Positions 1-11,478 are shown, counted from the stretch's first letter. The stretch: 64,000 bases of DNA from an uncultured SAR86 cluster bacterium (GCA_902578495.1 CACHCY010000003.1:32337-96336), one strand, 5' to 3'. Program-made: numbers and translations. Notes: generated by a model not told the origin, from the letters alone.

Positions 1-688
1 TAGATATTATCGGAACTCTAGGATCTCTGAATTCTATTTTTTCTAATTCAGAGGCTAATTTTTCTTGAGCATCTTTTAGCAAATAACAATGTGATGGCAC
101 AGACATATTTACGTATTGCGTTTTAACTCTTCTTATTTCTTTGCTTTCAAGCAAAGTTTTACACTTTTCAATATTTTCAGTTTCGCCCGCAAGAACGCCC
201 ATTCCATCAGCAGTATCAGTAGACAAATTTACTGTGCATCCATCCTCAGAAAGTTCTTTTATTAAGGATTGAATATCATTATGGTTCATTCCCATGACAA
301 CCAGCATTTTAGCTTCACCGGGTGCAACTGAATTCTGCATTAGCTTTCCTCTAATATGAACTAACTTTATTGCATCCAAAAAATCTAAGCATCCTGAATA
401 AACTAGTGCTGAATATTCACCGAGAGATAGACCTGCACAAAAATTATAATTGTCTTTATCTGTGAAGTGTTCAGCAAGGGCAATGCTTGAAGCCATAATA
501 ATTGGTTGAGAATATTCTGTTAAATCAATCAAATTATTTGAATCATCTGTAACTAACTCAACAAGATCAATATCAATAACATCAGAAGCTTTGATGAATA
601 AATCTTTTGCTTTTTCGCTTGAACTGAACAGGTTATCCATCATGCCTACAGTCTGAACTCCCTGACCAGGGAACAAAATTGCATTCAT
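1..688 (-). CDS. fabD: Malonyl-CoA:ACP transacylase (runs off the window edge; not in the ORF track)
   Basis: Manual translation from ATG at 688: MNAILFPGQGVQTVGM... with active-site CAGLSLGEY. ATGA overlap with the upstream stop. Confidence 0.92.
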   Translation of the reverse strand, partial: MNAILFPGQGVQTVGMMDNLFSSSEKAKDLFIKASDVIDIDLVELVTDDSNNLIDLTEYSQPIIMASSIALAEHFTDKDNYNFCAGLSLGEYSALVYSGCLDFLDAIKLVHIRGKLMQNSVAPGEAKMLVVMGMNHNDIQSLIKELSEDGCTVNLSTDTADGMGVLAGETENIEKCKTLLESKEIRRVKTQYVNMSVPSHCYLLKDAQEKLASELEKIEFRDPRVPIIS

Positions 689-1719
689 GATCCAGAAACT
701 TTAAGTTTTTCTTGCAAACCTTTATTGGAGGTTGTGTAACCGAAAGGAACTCTCTCACCGGGATTTATTCTTTTAAAGGCTTCTTGCACGGCTAGGGTAG
801 TTTCATGAAAGCCGCAGAGGATAAGGTCTAATTTTCCAGGATAAGTATTGATATCGCCAACAGCAAAGATGCCTTTTTGATTCGTTTCAAATTTTTCTGT
901 ATCTACTTGGACTTTCCTTTCGTTTAAATCAATTTCCCAATCATTTATTGGCCCAAGTTGCTTACTCAAACCAAAGAAAAATAATGCCTCATCGCAGTTA
1001 ATAACCTCTGTCTCTTTAGTTTCAAAATTCATGATTTCTACTCCCTCAAAAGACTTACCACCAACAATAGATTTTATGACAAAAGGAATTTTTAACTCTA
1101 TTTCACCACTTGCAACAAAATTTCGCATTTTGTTTTCGGTATGTTCTGCTCCTCTAAAATCATCTCTTCTGTGAACAAGTTTTATTGATTTCGCTTTATT
1201 TGCTAATTCCACCGACCAATCTAGTGCACTATCTCCTCCACCAAAAATAACAATATCTTTATCTTTGTATTTATCAACACTTCTGACTGCATAATCTATT
1301 CCTTTACCTAAAAATTTATCCGGAGATTCAACAGGCGGTTTTCTAGGTTCAAAAGACCCAGCACCAGCCGCTATAAAAATATTTAGTGTCTTAAAAGAAA
1401 TCCCATCAGTCGTTTCGGCTATCCAATAATCTCCTGACTGTTCAATTTTATCTACTCGTTGATTTAGGTGAACTTCGTAATCAAATGGCTCGATTTGTTT
1501 TAAAAGTGAATCTATATGCTCTTTACCAGTTTGGTTTGGTACACCGGGTATGTCGTAAATAGGTTTTTCTGGATAAAGTTCAATGCATTGACCGCCAATT
1601 TTATCTAGATTGTCTACAAGATGACATTTGAGACCCAGTAATCCTGCCTCGAATACTGTAAATAGACCTACCGGACCAGCTCCAATAATTAAAATATCTG
1701 TTTCAATGCTTTTAGTCAT
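685..1719 (-). CDS. TrxB-type (YumC-like) ferredoxin/flavodoxin-NADP+ reductase
   Basis: GAGPVG FAD motif, GGQC..LYPEKPIYDIPG, GGGDSALDW NADP motif, YPGKL.LI..GF.E. No redox CxxC, so not a true thioredoxin reductase. Confidence 0.88.
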   Translation of the reverse strand: MTKSIETDILIIGAGPVGLFTVFEAGLLGLKCHLVDNLDKIGGQCIELYPEKPIYDIPGVPNQTGKEHIDSLLKQIEPFDYEVHLNQRVDKIEQSGDYWIAETTDGISFKTLNIFIAAGAGSFEPRKPPVESPDKFLGKGIDYAVRSVDKYKDKDIVIFGGGDSALDWSVELANKAKSIKLVHRRDDFRGAEHTENKMRNFVASGEIELKIPFVIKSIVGGKSFEGVEIMNFETKETEVINCDEALFFFGLSKQLGPINDWEIDLNERKVQVDTEKFETNQKGIFAVGDINTYPGKLDLILCGFHETTLAVQEAFKRINPGERVPFGYTTSNKGLQEKLKVSGS

Positions 1720-2051
1720 TAACTCACTCTCATTCCTGGTTTTGCACCCTGATCAGGGTGCAGTATAAATACGCCTTCTTCATCGTTACTTGCAGCAAGA
1801 ATCATACCCTCAGATACTCCAAATCGCATCTTCCTAGGCTTTAAATTAGCTACACATATAATTTTTAGACCTATTAATTTTTCTGGGTCATAAAATTTTT
1901 TAATACCTGCAAATACTGTTCTTTCTCCTAAATCTCCCAGGTCTAGAAGTATTTTTAGGAGTTTATCTGCTTCTTCCACGTTTTCAGCGTTTTTGATCTC
2001 AGCAACTCTCAGATCTATTTTTATAAAATCTTCTATAGAAATTTCATCCAT
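1719..2051 (-). CDS. Stand-alone MetRS C-terminal tRNA-binding OB domain (MetRS beta/Trbp111-like)
   Basis: [16 protein letters not shown]...[19 protein letters not shown]; own SD-like AGAGG; 8-nt overlap with metG. Confidence 0.9.
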   Translation of the reverse strand: MDEISIEDFIKIDLRVAEIKNAENVEEADKLLKILLDLGDLGERTVFAGIKKFYDPEKLIGLKIICVANLKPRKMRFGVSEGMILAASNDEEGVFILHPDQGAKPGMRVS

Positions 2052-3696
2052 TTGAACCTCTTTGAATAAGTGCTTCTAATTTCTCATCTTCTAATCTATG
2101 AAGGATAGGAGAAAAAGAATCTAATTTATGATTTATTAAAGGAGTATCAATATCATCGATCGAGCCGATTATCTCATTTAGAAAACTTTCTCCTTTAGAG
2201 CATGTGTCTGGAATCACTATTTTGAGATAAGTGTTAATAACTCTAAATAGATTTATTGTTGTGCTCGCAATCTTGATAACCTCATCCCCATTTTTTTCAT
2301 CTTTAGCTAAAATCCAAGGTTTTTTTTCATCCACATAAGCATTTGCTGAATCAGCTAATTTCATGATTTCTTTAATTGCCTTTGAGTATTCAAGATCTGC
2401 AAAAAGATTAGTAATTTCATTTTTTGATGAAATAAAATTTTCATAAAATTCATGATCGATACTATTTCCTATCTGATTATCATTCTTTTTTAAAAATCCT
2501 GCTGATCTACTGGCAATATTTACAAATTTTCCGACCAAATCAGAGTTAACTTTTTTTTGGAAGTCATCATAGTTAAGATCAATATCATCAATGGAAGGCG
2601 ATAACTTTGAAGCCAAGTAATATCTTATATAGTCAGCATCAAGGATATCTAAGTAATCTCTCATACTTAAAAAATTACCTTTTGACTTAGACATTTTTGC
2701 CCCGTTCAAGCCTAAGAAACCATGAACAAAAACATTGGATGGTTTTTTAAATTTAGACGTCTCAAGTAAAGCTGGCCAAAATAAGGCATGGAAATTCATG
2801 ATATCTTTTCCAATAAAATGATAAATTTCTGTATTGGCAGTTTCTGACCAAATTTCTTCTGCAGACTCATCATTTTTTGCTCTTAAATGATTTTCAAGAC
2901 TGGCTATGTACCCAATAGGGGCATCAAGCCAGACATAAAAGTACTTCCCCGGCATATCAGGAATTTCAAACCCAAAATACGGCGAATCTCTACTAATATC
3001 CCAATCTTTTAAACCTTGCTGAAACCATTCTTCAAGTTTATTTTTAACTGCTTCCTGAAGAGGTGTGGCTTTCATCCAATTTGCCACATTAGTTTCTAAC
3101 TTTGATAATTTAAAAAAAACATGCTCACTAGTTTTTACTACTGGCTTTTGACCGCTGATTGTTGACACTGGATTGATTAATTCAGCGGCTTCATATTTCG
3201 CACCACAGATTTCACAATTATCACCGTACTGATCTTCAGCGGAACATTTTGGACAAGTACCTTTAACATATCTATCTGAGAGAAATAAGCCTTCACTTTC
3301 GTCAAATAGTTGTTCGATCTCCTTACTTTCAATGAACCCAGATTCTTTAGCTTTGTTATAAATCAATTCACTGAAGTATTTATTTTCTTCACTGTGAGTT
3401 ATGTGGAAATTATCATGAGAAATATTGAATGATTCTAAGTCTTTCATATGAGAGGATCTGAATTCTTCAACCATTTTTTCAGGTTCGGTCTCTAATTCCT
3501 TAGCTCTTAGCATGATAGGAGTGCCATGAGCATCGCTCGCACATACATAGTGACAAGTAATGTTGTTTGCTCTAAGCAACCTTACCCAGATATCTGTTTG
3601 TACGTGCTCTAAAAGATGCCCTATGTGCAAGTCACCATTTGCATAGGGCAAAGCGCTCGTAATAATTACACGGTTGTTTTTTTCAGGAAGAGGCAT
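2044..3696 (-). CDS. metG: Methionine-tRNA ligase core
   Basis: LPYANG.LHIGH, two CxxC Zn knuckles, WDISR, KMSKS. Confidence 0.97.
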   Translation of the reverse strand: MPLPEKNNRVIITSALPYANGDLHIGHLLEHVQTDIWVRLLRANNITCHYVCASDAHGTPIMLRAKELETEPEKMVEEFRSSHMKDLESFNISHDNFHITHSEENKYFSELIYNKAKESGFIESKEIEQLFDESEGLFLSDRYVKGTCPKCSAEDQYGDNCEICGAKYEAAELINPVSTISGQKPVVKTSEHVFFKLSKLETNVANWMKATPLQEAVKNKLEEWFQQGLKDWDISRDSPYFGFEIPDMPGKYFYVWLDAPIGYIASLENHLRAKNDESAEEIWSETANTEIYHFIGKDIMNFHALFWPALLETSKFKKPSNVFVHGFLGLNGAKMSKSKGNFLSMRDYLDILDADYIRYYLASKLSPSIDDIDLNYDDFQKKVNSDLVGKFVNIASRSAGFLKKNDNQIGNSIDHEFYENFISSKNEITNLFADLEYSKAIKEIMKLADSANAYVDEKKPWILAKDEKNGDEVIKIASTTINLFRVINTYLKIVIPDTCSKGESFLNEIIGSIDDIDTPLINHKLDSFSPILHRLEDEKLEALIQRGSNG

Positions 3697-3707
3697 ATGC
3701 TTACGAA

Positions 3708-4433
3708 ATGGTTATTCTGTACATCAAAAGATTGAGTGTTATTTTAGCATTTTTCTTTGTATTTATAGGGTGCGCCGTCTCTCCCGAGTTGAGAGATTCT
3801 CTAGATCCTTATGAAGAGCAAAATAGAAAAATTCATGAATTCAATGAGAGAGTAATAGAAAATTTAATTGAACCTGTTACAGGAGCATATGTTGAAGCAA
3901 CTCCACCTTTTGTTCGGGATCGAATTACAGATTTTTTTGAAAATATTGATGACGTCAAGTCAGGCTTAAATAATATTTTGCAAGAGAATTTCTCTAAGGC
4001 ATTAAATGATTTTGGAAGATTTATTTTCAATACAACTTTTGGAATTTTTGGTCTCTTTGATGTAGCTACCCCAATGGGATTTGATAAGAACGATGAAGAT
4101 TTTGGACAGACACTAGGAAAATGGGGTGTTGAACCCGGTCCTTACATAGTTTTACCCTTTCTAGGTCCAACTACTGTGAGGGATGGCTTATCCAGAGGAA
4201 TAGATTCTGTCATATCTCCTTTGGCTGTAGCTGATGATCATCCAACTACATCAGGTTTATTGACTGGATTAAATGTCCTTAATCAAACAACTGTTTTACT
4301 TGAGCTAGATAATTTTGTCAGCGGAGATAAATACATTTTTTTCAGAGATGCATACTTGCAGCGTAGAAAGTATGAAATCAGTGATGGAGAAATTGATGCT
4401 GATGACTTCGTTGATGAATTTGAAGATTTTTAA
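3708..4433 (+). CDS. mlaA: VacJ/MlaA family lipoprotein
   Basis: Lipobox FIGC, DPYE..NR, EDFGQTLGKWG..GPY.VLPFLGPTTVRD, RDAYLQRR. Confidence 0.92.
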   Translation: MVILYIKRLSVILAFFFVFIGCAVSPELRDSLDPYEEQNRKIHEFNERVIENLIEPVTGAYVEATPPFVRDRITDFFENIDDVKSGLNNILQENFSKALNDFGRFIFNTTFGIFGLFDVATPMGFDKNDEDFGQTLGKWGVEPGPYIVLPFLGPTTVRDGLSRGIDSVISPLAVADDHPTTSGLLTGLNVLNQTTVLLELDNFVSGDKYIFFRDAYLQRRKYEISDGEIDADDFVDEFEDF

Positions 4434-5671
4434 TCTTCGAAGGCTCCATAGACCATAGCTTGCATTTGTCCTCTGAACGGAAAAGTTGTTGAGGGCCTTA
4501 ATTGGGTCATAAAAATACCTAATAAATTCTCCTTTGGATCTATCCAGAAGAAAGTACTTGCCATTCCACCCCAATTATACGACCCTGCAGTTCCAGAGAT
4601 TTGTGTGGCAGCTTGATCGACGGTTACAGCCATACTCAAACCATAACCCATTCCTTGATAACGTACCTCAGAAAATCCTCCTCCAGCATTCATGTCTAAC
4701 AAAGTTTTATTGTCCGGGAGGTGATTCATAGTCATAAACTCAACAGTTTTTCTTGAGAGTATTCTTTTGCCATTTAATTCACCGCCATTCAAAAGCATCT
4801 GACTGAACTTAAAATAATCTTCTATGGTAGATGCGAGACCACTCCCACCACCTTTATAAACTTTATCTATTAACATGTTGCTTTCTTTTCCAGAGGGATC
4901 TTCTAAGACTAATTTTTTTTCTGGTGTTCTCCAATACAAAGCTGTCAATCTATCTGCATCCTTTTTAGGCACAATAAATCCTGTATCCTTCATACCTAAG
5001 GGATCAAATATGTTTTCATTAAAGTAAGCATCTATTTTCTCCCCTGAAATAACTTCAACAATTCTTGCGCAAACATCTATGGAAACGCTGTACAGCCAGC
5101 CTTCGCCAGGCGAAAATTGAAGGGGAAGGGTAGCTAGAGTTTCGCATACGTCTTTTAAATCCAGAGAACGTCTTTCTCTGTCTGGCAGTAATTCATCAAA
5201 TACATGTCTGTAGGCACTATCTAAGTGATTTTCAAAATTAATTGAATAGCTGAGACCAGAGGTATGAGTCAATAAATCTCGAACGGTCATTTCTCTGTTC
5301 ACTGGTCTGGTATCAAAAGCTGGATAGATTCCACTTATATAAACTGATTGATTTTTAAATTCAGGGAGAAATTTGCTAACCGGGTCTGCCAGATGAAAGT
5401 AACCTTTTTCATATAACTGCATTAAGGCAACTCCAGTTACAGGTTTCGTCATTGAATAGATTCTAAAAATCGAGTCATCTTCCATCTTAAGATTTTGTTC
5501 AATATCTCTTAAACCTTGAGAGTGACAATGAACAATTTCTCCATTCCTTGCCACCAAGGTTTGCGTTCCGGATATTTTTCCTGGTGATATATATCTATCC
5601 ATGAAAAGTTCATCCATGAATTGGAGTTTTTCCTTGGATAAATTGTGTTTGCTTGGATTAACTATCTTCAT
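4430..5671 (-). CDS. Serine hydrolase, beta-lactamase class C-like family
   Basis: FRIYSMTK (SxxK), LLTHTSGL, PG..W.YS, WGG.ASTFFWIDP. Confidence 0.88.
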   Translation of the reverse strand: MKIVNPSKHNLSKEKLQFMDELFMDRYISPGKISGTQTLVARNGEIVHCHSQGLRDIEQNLKMEDDSIFRIYSMTKPVTGVALMQLYEKGYFHLADPVSKFLPEFKNQSVYISGIYPAFDTRPVNREMTVRDLLTHTSGLSYSINFENHLDSAYRHVFDELLPDRERRSLDLKDVCETLATLPLQFSPGEGWLYSVSIDVCARIVEVISGEKIDAYFNENIFDPLGMKDTGFIVPKKDADRLTALYWRTPEKKLVLEDPSGKESNMLIDKVYKGGGSGLASTIEDYFKFSQMLLNGGELNGKRILSRKTVEFMTMNHLPDNKTLLDMNAGGGFSEVRYQGMGYGLSMAVTVDQAATQISGTAGSYNWGGMASTFFWIDPKENLLGIFMTQLRPSTTFPFRGQMQAMVYGAFED

Positions 5672-6104
5672 TAGATTCCTTTTGATTTAATTTGGCGTTT
5701 ATAAAATCTTTATGATTCAGGTACAGAAGATCAGCAATTCTTCTTATCAAATGCTCTTCATGCTTATCCATCTGCCCATCTGCAAATGCTATTGCCCAAA
5801 CAGAATTCAAGACTTCTTTTTTCTGATCGTAATCAAGTTGATCGTTAAGTATTCTCGTGTGTTCATAAAAAGAAATTAATTCTTTAGACTTAGCAAGAGT
5901 TGCATCAACAATTTCTTGTATCTCTTCTTCTTCAATATCTAATTTACTGAGGGAATTAGCCATTGCTTTCAATTCAGATTCATCCAGTTGATTATCAGCA
6001 TAAGCAACTTCTATCATTAAAGAACAGATAGATTTTTGAATACTGTTATCTTTACTTTCTTCTTTAATTTCTTTTGTTTTAAATAAATTTTTGAAAAATT
6101 TCAT
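5658..6104 (-). CDS. TerB-family protein
   Basis: Two ADG/ADN..D..E repeats; EEHLIRRIADLL. Confidence 0.8.
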   Translation of the reverse strand: MKFFKNLFKTKEIKEESKDNSIQKSICSLMIEVAYADNQLDESELKAMANSLSKLDIEEEEIQEIVDATLAKSKELISFYEHTRILNDQLDYDQKKEVLNSVWAIAFADGQMDKHEEHLIRRIADLLYLNHKDFINAKLNQKESNEDS

Positions 6105-7060
6105 GCGACTAGTAAATGTTTTTTGTTCAGTATTCTTATTATCTCATCTACGTTCAGGTTATCCGACATAATTATTTGCCTAATCTTTTTTGAATAACTA
6201 AAACCTTTAAAAAAATTTACCATATGCCTTTTGATCAAATAGCCTGAAAATCCTAAATCTTGATTTTCCATTAAATATTTTTCCATCATCATGACAAGAG
6301 TTTCAATTTTAGTTTCTTTGGTTGATTGATAAAAAATTTTATCTACTTTTGTTAATTCATAAGGTTTTTCACAGACATGTCTTCCGTACATCAAACCATC
6401 CACCATTTTTAATTTATTTTTATCTTCTAGAAAGTTAGATAGACCTCCGTTAAGTATTATTTCAATATCTGGAAAATCTTCTTTTAATCGATAGACTCTT
6501 TCATAGTTAAGCGGTGGAATATTTCTATTTTCTTTTGGATTCAATCCTTCAAGCAGTCCTTTTCTGGCATGCACATATAGAGTTCTTATTCCTGACTGTA
6601 AAATGATTTCAATAAAATTATCTAAGGTTTCTTCGATATCTTGATTATCTACTCCTAATCTAATTTTTGCAGTTATAGGTATATCAGAAGATGCAGTCAT
6701 AGCAGAAAGACAATCTTTTACTTTAGTTGGTTCGTACATGAGAAATGCTCCAAAACCACCTGATTTAACTCTTGGGCTAGGACAACCAACATTCAAATTA
6801 ATTTCATCGTATTTGTTTTCATTAATTATTTTAGTTGCTTCTGCAAGATCCTTTGGTTCACAGCCTCCAAGCTGGAAGACAACTGGATTTTCTATATCAG
6901 TTTTTTGAATGTATTTATCTATTCGTTTGTTTTTCAAAAGGGCATTGGAATGCACCATCTCTGTGAATAAAACAGCATGTTTTGAAGCGAACCTACAAAG
7001 ATTTCTAAAATGCGTATCAGTTCTTCCCATCATTGGGGCGATACAAAAGGTTCTATCCAT
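6101..7060 (-). CDS. dusA: tRNA-dihydrouridine synthase A
   Basis: APMM, QLGG, INLNVGCPSPRV, VHARK.LLEGLNPKENRNIPPLNY. Confidence 0.92.
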   Translation of the reverse strand: MDRTFCIAPMMGRTDTHFRNLCRFASKHAVLFTEMVHSNALLKNKRIDKYIQKTDIENPVVFQLGGCEPKDLAEATKIINENKYDEINLNVGCPSPRVKSGGFGAFLMYEPTKVKDCLSAMTASSDIPITAKIRLGVDNQDIEETLDNFIEIILQSGIRTLYVHARKGLLEGLNPKENRNIPPLNYERVYRLKEDFPDIEIILNGGLSNFLEDKNKLKMVDGLMYGRHVCEKPYELTKVDKIFYQSTKETKIETLVMMMEKYLMENQDLGFSGYLIKRHMVNFFKGFSYSKKIRQIIMSDNLNVDEIIRILNKKHLLVA

Positions 7061-8568
7061 TAAAAGTAATAAAAAATTGCTGTTAATCCAACAGAGCTCA
7101 ATACGATTGTATAAGGAAGAGCCAGCTTGACCATTCTTAAATAAGACAGACCAATTAGAGGAGCCACTGATGATGTTAGCAAGAAGAGAAAGGCTGCTTG
7201 TCCGTTTGGAGTAGCGACACTTGGTAAGTTTGTGCCGGTATTTATCGCAACAGCCAATGCATCAAATTGATCTCTGCTGATTTCTCCAGAATCTAATGCA
7301 GCTTTAATTTCGTTGATATAAATAGTAGCAACAAAAACATTGTCACTGATCATGGATAAAATTCCATTTGCTATAAAAAACAGAGGTGCTTGAAGTTCCA
7401 CGGCCTGAAGAAATACATAATCAATAACAGGTTTAAATAAATGTTGATCGTGTATAACTGCAACCACAGCAAAAAAAACAACAAGTAGGGCTGTGAAAGG
7501 AAGAGCTTCCTCGAAGGCTTTTCCTAAATCTTTTTCTTCAATGATCCCTGTAAATGAAGTCAAAAGTATAATGATCATCAAACCTATAAGACCAACAGCA
7601 GCAATACTAAATGCCAACGAGAACATGAGGATTAATCCAATGATTAGTTGAACGAGAAGCTTGGCTTTAACTTGATCTGTTAAGTTAGCTGTTTGATCAT
7701 CATCAAATGCTTGAAGAATATCTCTGACTCTTTCTGGAAGTTGAGCGCCATATCCAAAAACCTTAAATCTTTCTAAAAATAATGTAGTGAACAAGCCAGC
7801 GATTAAAACAGGCATTGAAATTGGAGCCATCCTGATAAAAAATTCTATAAAGTCCCATTCGGCAATGGATGCAATAAGAAGATTTTGTGGCTCTCCTACA
7901 ATAGTACAAACACCACCAAGAGCTGTTCCCACGGCTCCATGCATTAGTAGGTTGCAAAGAAAGAGTTTAAATTTTTCTAAATTAATTGATTCATTATCGT
8001 CTAGATGAGAATCATCGTTTAAATCATGTTCATCTAAATAATCTTTTCCAGATGCCGCTTGGTGGTAAACAGTATAAAAACCAACGGCGACGGATATTAA
8101 AACTGCTGTTACAGTTAAGGCATCAAGAAAAGCAGATAAAAAAGCGGCAGCGAAAACAAAAAGAAGAGATACAGTTGTCTTATTTTTTACTTTCAATAAA
8201 AGCTTAGTAAAAATAAAAAGAAGTAAATCTTTCATGAAAAATATTCCAGCAACCATGAACATAAGTAATAGAATTACTTTAAGGTTTAGAGAAATTTCGT
8301 AATAAACTTGACTGGTTGTAGTTAGACCTAAAATAACTGCCTGAAGTGCAATCAGTCCTCCTGGAGGAAGAGGATGACATTTAAAAGTCATCGCAAGTGT
8401 AAAAATAAATTCTGCAAGAATAACCCAACCTAGAATTGTCCCAGCAGGTAAGGAAGTTGCAATACAAATAAAGTAAAGAATTGGATTTATAACTAAAAAG
8501 GCTAGAATGGTCTGTTTATACCAATCAGGAGCATGACCGAGAAAGTTCTTAAAAATTGCTGAAGACAT
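7060..8568 (-). CDS. nhaB: Na+/H+ antiporter NhaB
   Basis: [44 protein letters not shown]. Confidence 0.95.
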   Translation of the reverse strand: MSSAIFKNFLGHAPDWYKQTILAFLVINPILYFICIATSLPAGTILGWVILAEFIFTLAMTFKCHPLPPGGLIALQAVILGLTTTSQVYYEISLNLKVILLLMFMVAGIFFMKDLLLFIFTKLLLKVKNKTTVSLLFVFAAAFLSAFLDALTVTAVLISVAVGFYTVYHQAASGKDYLDEHDLNDDSHLDDNESINLEKFKLFLCNLLMHGAVGTALGGVCTIVGEPQNLLIASIAEWDFIEFFIRMAPISMPVLIAGLFTTLFLERFKVFGYGAQLPERVRDILQAFDDDQTANLTDQVKAKLLVQLIIGLILMFSLAFSIAAVGLIGLMIIILLTSFTGIIEEKDLGKAFEEALPFTALLVVFFAVVAVIHDQHLFKPVIDYVFLQAVELQAPLFFIANGILSMISDNVFVATIYINEIKAALDSGEISRDQFDALAVAINTGTNLPSVATPNGQAAFLFLLTSSVAPLIGLSYLRMVKLALPYTIVLSSVGLTAIFYYF

Positions 8569-8579
8569 AGTTTTTTTAT

Positions 8580-9401
8580 ATGAATATTTTTACGCCGGCT
8601 AATTTTATAGATGATTCGTCCAATGAGTCAAAGTACTTTCCTGTATATAATTCAAAGTTATTACACTTTTTAAAAGAATCTTCAGTTCGTCCGGCTACTG
8701 AGGATGAAATGAAATGGTCAGGTCTAGAAGAAAAAAGTAGACACTTTATTGGATATTTAGATGACGCACCCCTTTATGCTGTCTCTGTCTCAAACGAACA
8801 AACAATGATTCCAGATACAACTTTTACTGATTTAAGAGCTTTATTTCCTGTTATGAATATGCAGCTGTTCGAGGCTATCTCTAGAGCATTTCAGATAGTC
8901 AACTGGTCAGACTCCAATAGATATTGTGGTTTTTGTGGATCAGAATTACATCATGATGAAAAAGAAAGAGCTATGAAATGTCATAATTGTCATGCGCCTT
9001 TAGTTTATCCAAAAATTTCTCCATGTATTATCACTTTAATTCACAAAGACAAAAGCATTTTATTGGCTCACAACAAAAATTTTCCAATAAATCTTTACAG
9101 CACCATTGCCGGCTTTATTGAAGCTGGAGAAAGTGCCGAAGCCTGCTTAAAGAGAGAAGTTAAAGAAGAAGTTGGAATTGAAGTTCACAATATTAAATAT
9201 TTCCAAAGTCAGTCTTGGCCTTTTCCTGGCCAATTAATGCTTGGATATTTTGCTGAATATAAATTTGGAGAGATAACCCCAGATAACGATGAGATAGATG
9301 ATGCTCAATGGTTTGAAGTTGATAATTTACCTAATACTCCTCCACCAGGCGTATCAATTTCAGGGGATTTAATTCAACATTACCTGAATAGTCTTAAATA
9401 A
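8580..9401 (+). CDS. nudC: NAD+/NADH diphosphatase NudC
   Basis: YCGFCG...CHNC Zn ribbon, Nudix box AGFIEAGES...[15 protein letters not shown]. Confidence 0.93.
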   Translation: MNIFTPANFIDDSSNESKYFPVYNSKLLHFLKESSVRPATEDEMKWSGLEEKSRHFIGYLDDAPLYAVSVSNEQTMIPDTTFTDLRALFPVMNMQLFEAISRAFQIVNWSDSNRYCGFCGSELHHDEKERAMKCHNCHAPLVYPKISPCIITLIHKDKSILLAHNKNFPINLYSTIAGFIEAGESAEACLKREVKEEVGIEVHNIKYFQSQSWPFPGQLMLGYFAEYKFGEITPDNDEIDDAQWFEVDNLPNTPPPGVSISGDLIQHYLNSLK

Positions 9402-9402
9402 A

Positions 9403-11460
9403 TTATTTATTTCTTGGATCGTTTGAAGCCCTAATATCGCCTTTATGTTGCGTCTGATCTACAACTGATTCCTCTTTTTCAACCTTTTTGGGCTCTTCAA
9501 CTTTCTTAGGTCTAGATAATTTAACTGGTTTAGTAGCTTTTTTATTAATTCCAGATTTCGGTTCCTTTTTATTTTCTTTAACCTTACCTACAGCTGCATC
9601 AGTTTTAAGTTTTGCTTCAGATCCTTTTTTTGCAGAAGTTGAAGTATCTTTTTTTGGCTTAGAGATTTTTTTCTTTGGTGCTTCATTTACTGAATCTTTT
9701 TTCGCTGTTGCCTTAGATTTAACCTGATCCTTTTTTTGGTTAGACGGTCTTCTCTTTTGATTAGAATTCCTTCTGACATCTTGTTTGATCGACTGCTTTT
9801 TGCCTTGAGCTTTTCTAGGATTTCGTTTTCTTATATTTTTTGGTTTTTTCTTTCCTTTAGGTTTATTACTTTTTAAGAGATTCATCAATTTAGATAACAA
9901 ACCAGTTTTAGGTCTAGATGATGGCATCAGATTAACAGCAGCTTTTTCCTCCTTCCTTGAAACAGGAGAGCTTATTGAATCTTTCTCTAATTGTTCTTGA
10001 ACATAGGAACTTGTTTCTTCTTCAATTATTTCCCCATCTTTTAATCTTACCACTTCAAATCTAGTATCTGGACGTATGGGATCAGCTATAACAGTTACTT
10101 TTAAGTTAGCTCTTGCCTCGATATCGTTAAGCCTTATTCTTCTTTCATTCAATAAAAGAGCAGACATTGATGGCGATACGATCGCTCTCACTTCTCCTGT
10201 ATTTTCCTTGCTACTTTCTTCTTCGATTAATCTTAGTACAGCGGTTGAGAGGGTATTAATATCTTGAGTCCATCTTTCTTTCAAAGAAGATCTTAGTCTT
10301 TGTCTAGAGAGTTCAAGAAGACCAAATCTTGAAATTCTGCCTATTTGTACTCTCGCTCTATCTGCTGAGAGAGAATTTCGCATTTCATCTTCTACTTTTC
10401 TTTTATTTTCAAGATTCATCATGTCAATAAAATCAATAACTACCAGGCCGCCAATATCTCTGAGTCTCAACTGCCTAGATATTTCTCTCGCCGCCTCAAG
10501 ATTTGTATGCGTTGCAGTTTCTTCAATATCTTTACCTGAGGTTGCTTTTGATGAATTTATGTCTATTGCAACTAAGGCTTCTGCATCATCAATGACTATT
10601 GACCCACCTGATTCAAGTTTTACTTCTCTTTGATAAGCAGTTTCTATTTGAGATTCAATTTGATATCGAGTGAAAAGAGGTAGGCTGTTTTCATATCTTT
10701 TTATGATATTTGATTGTTCTGGCATGACTCTATCTACAAACTCTATGGCTTGGTCATAAGCTTCCTGTGTATCTATCCAAACTTCGTCAACGTCTTCCCT
10801 AACATAATCTCGGAGAGATCTAATGATCACATCACTTTCTTTATAAATTAAGAAAGGACCATTTTTTTGAAGATTTGCTTCCAAAATTGCATCCCAAACT
10901 TTAAGTAAATAATCTAAATCCCACTCTAATTCAGCTAATTCTTTTCCTTCCCCAGCGGTCCTAACAATTATCCCCATTTCTTCAGGAATATTCAGAGCAG
11001 ATACCTTTTGTTTTAAAGTGTCTCTCTCGGAAGGATTCAATCTTCTAGAGATGCCTTGTGCTTTTGGATTGTTCGGCATTAAAACCAAAAATCTTCCAGC
11101 CAAACTAACAAAGGTGGTTATTGCTGCACCTTTGTTTCCACGCTCTTCTTTTTCAACTTGAACTATAATTTCTTGATTTTTTGACAGACAATCAGTTATG
11201 GATAATCTTCCTTTTTTATCTTTTGGATAAAACTGCGGTGCAACTTCCTTGAAGGGTAGAAAACCGTGTCTATCAGCACCAAAATTAATAAAAGCAGCCC
11301 CTAAACTTGGTTCCACTCTAGTAACAATGCCTTTGTAAATATTTCCCTTCCTCCTAACTTCGTTGATATTTTCAATATCTAAATCATAGAGGGAATCTCC
11401 TCTTGTCATGGCAACGCGAAGCTCTTCAGGTTGAGTAGCATTAATTAACATTCTTTTCAT
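9403..11460 (-). CDS. rne: Ribonuclease E (short Lys-rich C-terminal region, no Zn-link)
   Basis: MKRMLINATQPEELRVA, RHGFLPF, IDINS, VIDFIDM; amphipathic GLLSKLMNLL; terminal RASNDPR. Confidence 0.96.
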   Translation of the reverse strand: MKRMLINATQPEELRVAMTRGDSLYDLDIENINEVRRKGNIYKGIVTRVEPSLGAAFINFGADRHGFLPFKEVAPQFYPKDKKGRLSITDCLSKNQEIIVQVEKEERGNKGAAITTFVSLAGRFLVLMPNNPKAQGISRRLNPSERDTLKQKVSALNIPEEMGIIVRTAGEGKELAELEWDLDYLLKVWDAILEANLQKNGPFLIYKESDVIIRSLRDYVREDVDEVWIDTQEAYDQAIEFVDRVMPEQSNIIKRYENSLPLFTRYQIESQIETAYQREVKLESGGSIVIDDAEALVAIDINSSKATSGKDIEETATHTNLEAAREISRQLRLRDIGGLVVIDFIDMMNLENKRKVEDEMRNSLSADRARVQIGRISRFGLLELSRQRLRSSLKERWTQDINTLSTAVLRLIEEESSKENTGEVRAIVSPSMSALLLNERRIRLNDIEARANLKVTVIADPIRPDTRFEVVRLKDGEIIEEETSSYVQEQLEKDSISSPVSRKEEKAAVNLMPSSRPKTGLLSKLMNLLKSNKPKGKKKPKNIRKRNPRKAQGKKQSIKQDVRRNSNQKRRPSNQKKDQVKSKATAKKDSVNEAPKKKISKPKKDTSTSAKKGSEAKLKTDAAVGKVKENKKEPKSGINKKATKPVKLSRPKKVEEPKKVEKEESVVDQTQHKGDIRASNDPRNK

Positions 11461-11478
11461 ATGTACCTCGAAAAAAAT

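Noticed and set aside
2040-2055. Programmed frameshift joining metG to its C-terminal domain
   Set aside because: No clear slippery site; the downstream ORF has its own ATG and SD-like sequence, and the linker is absent.
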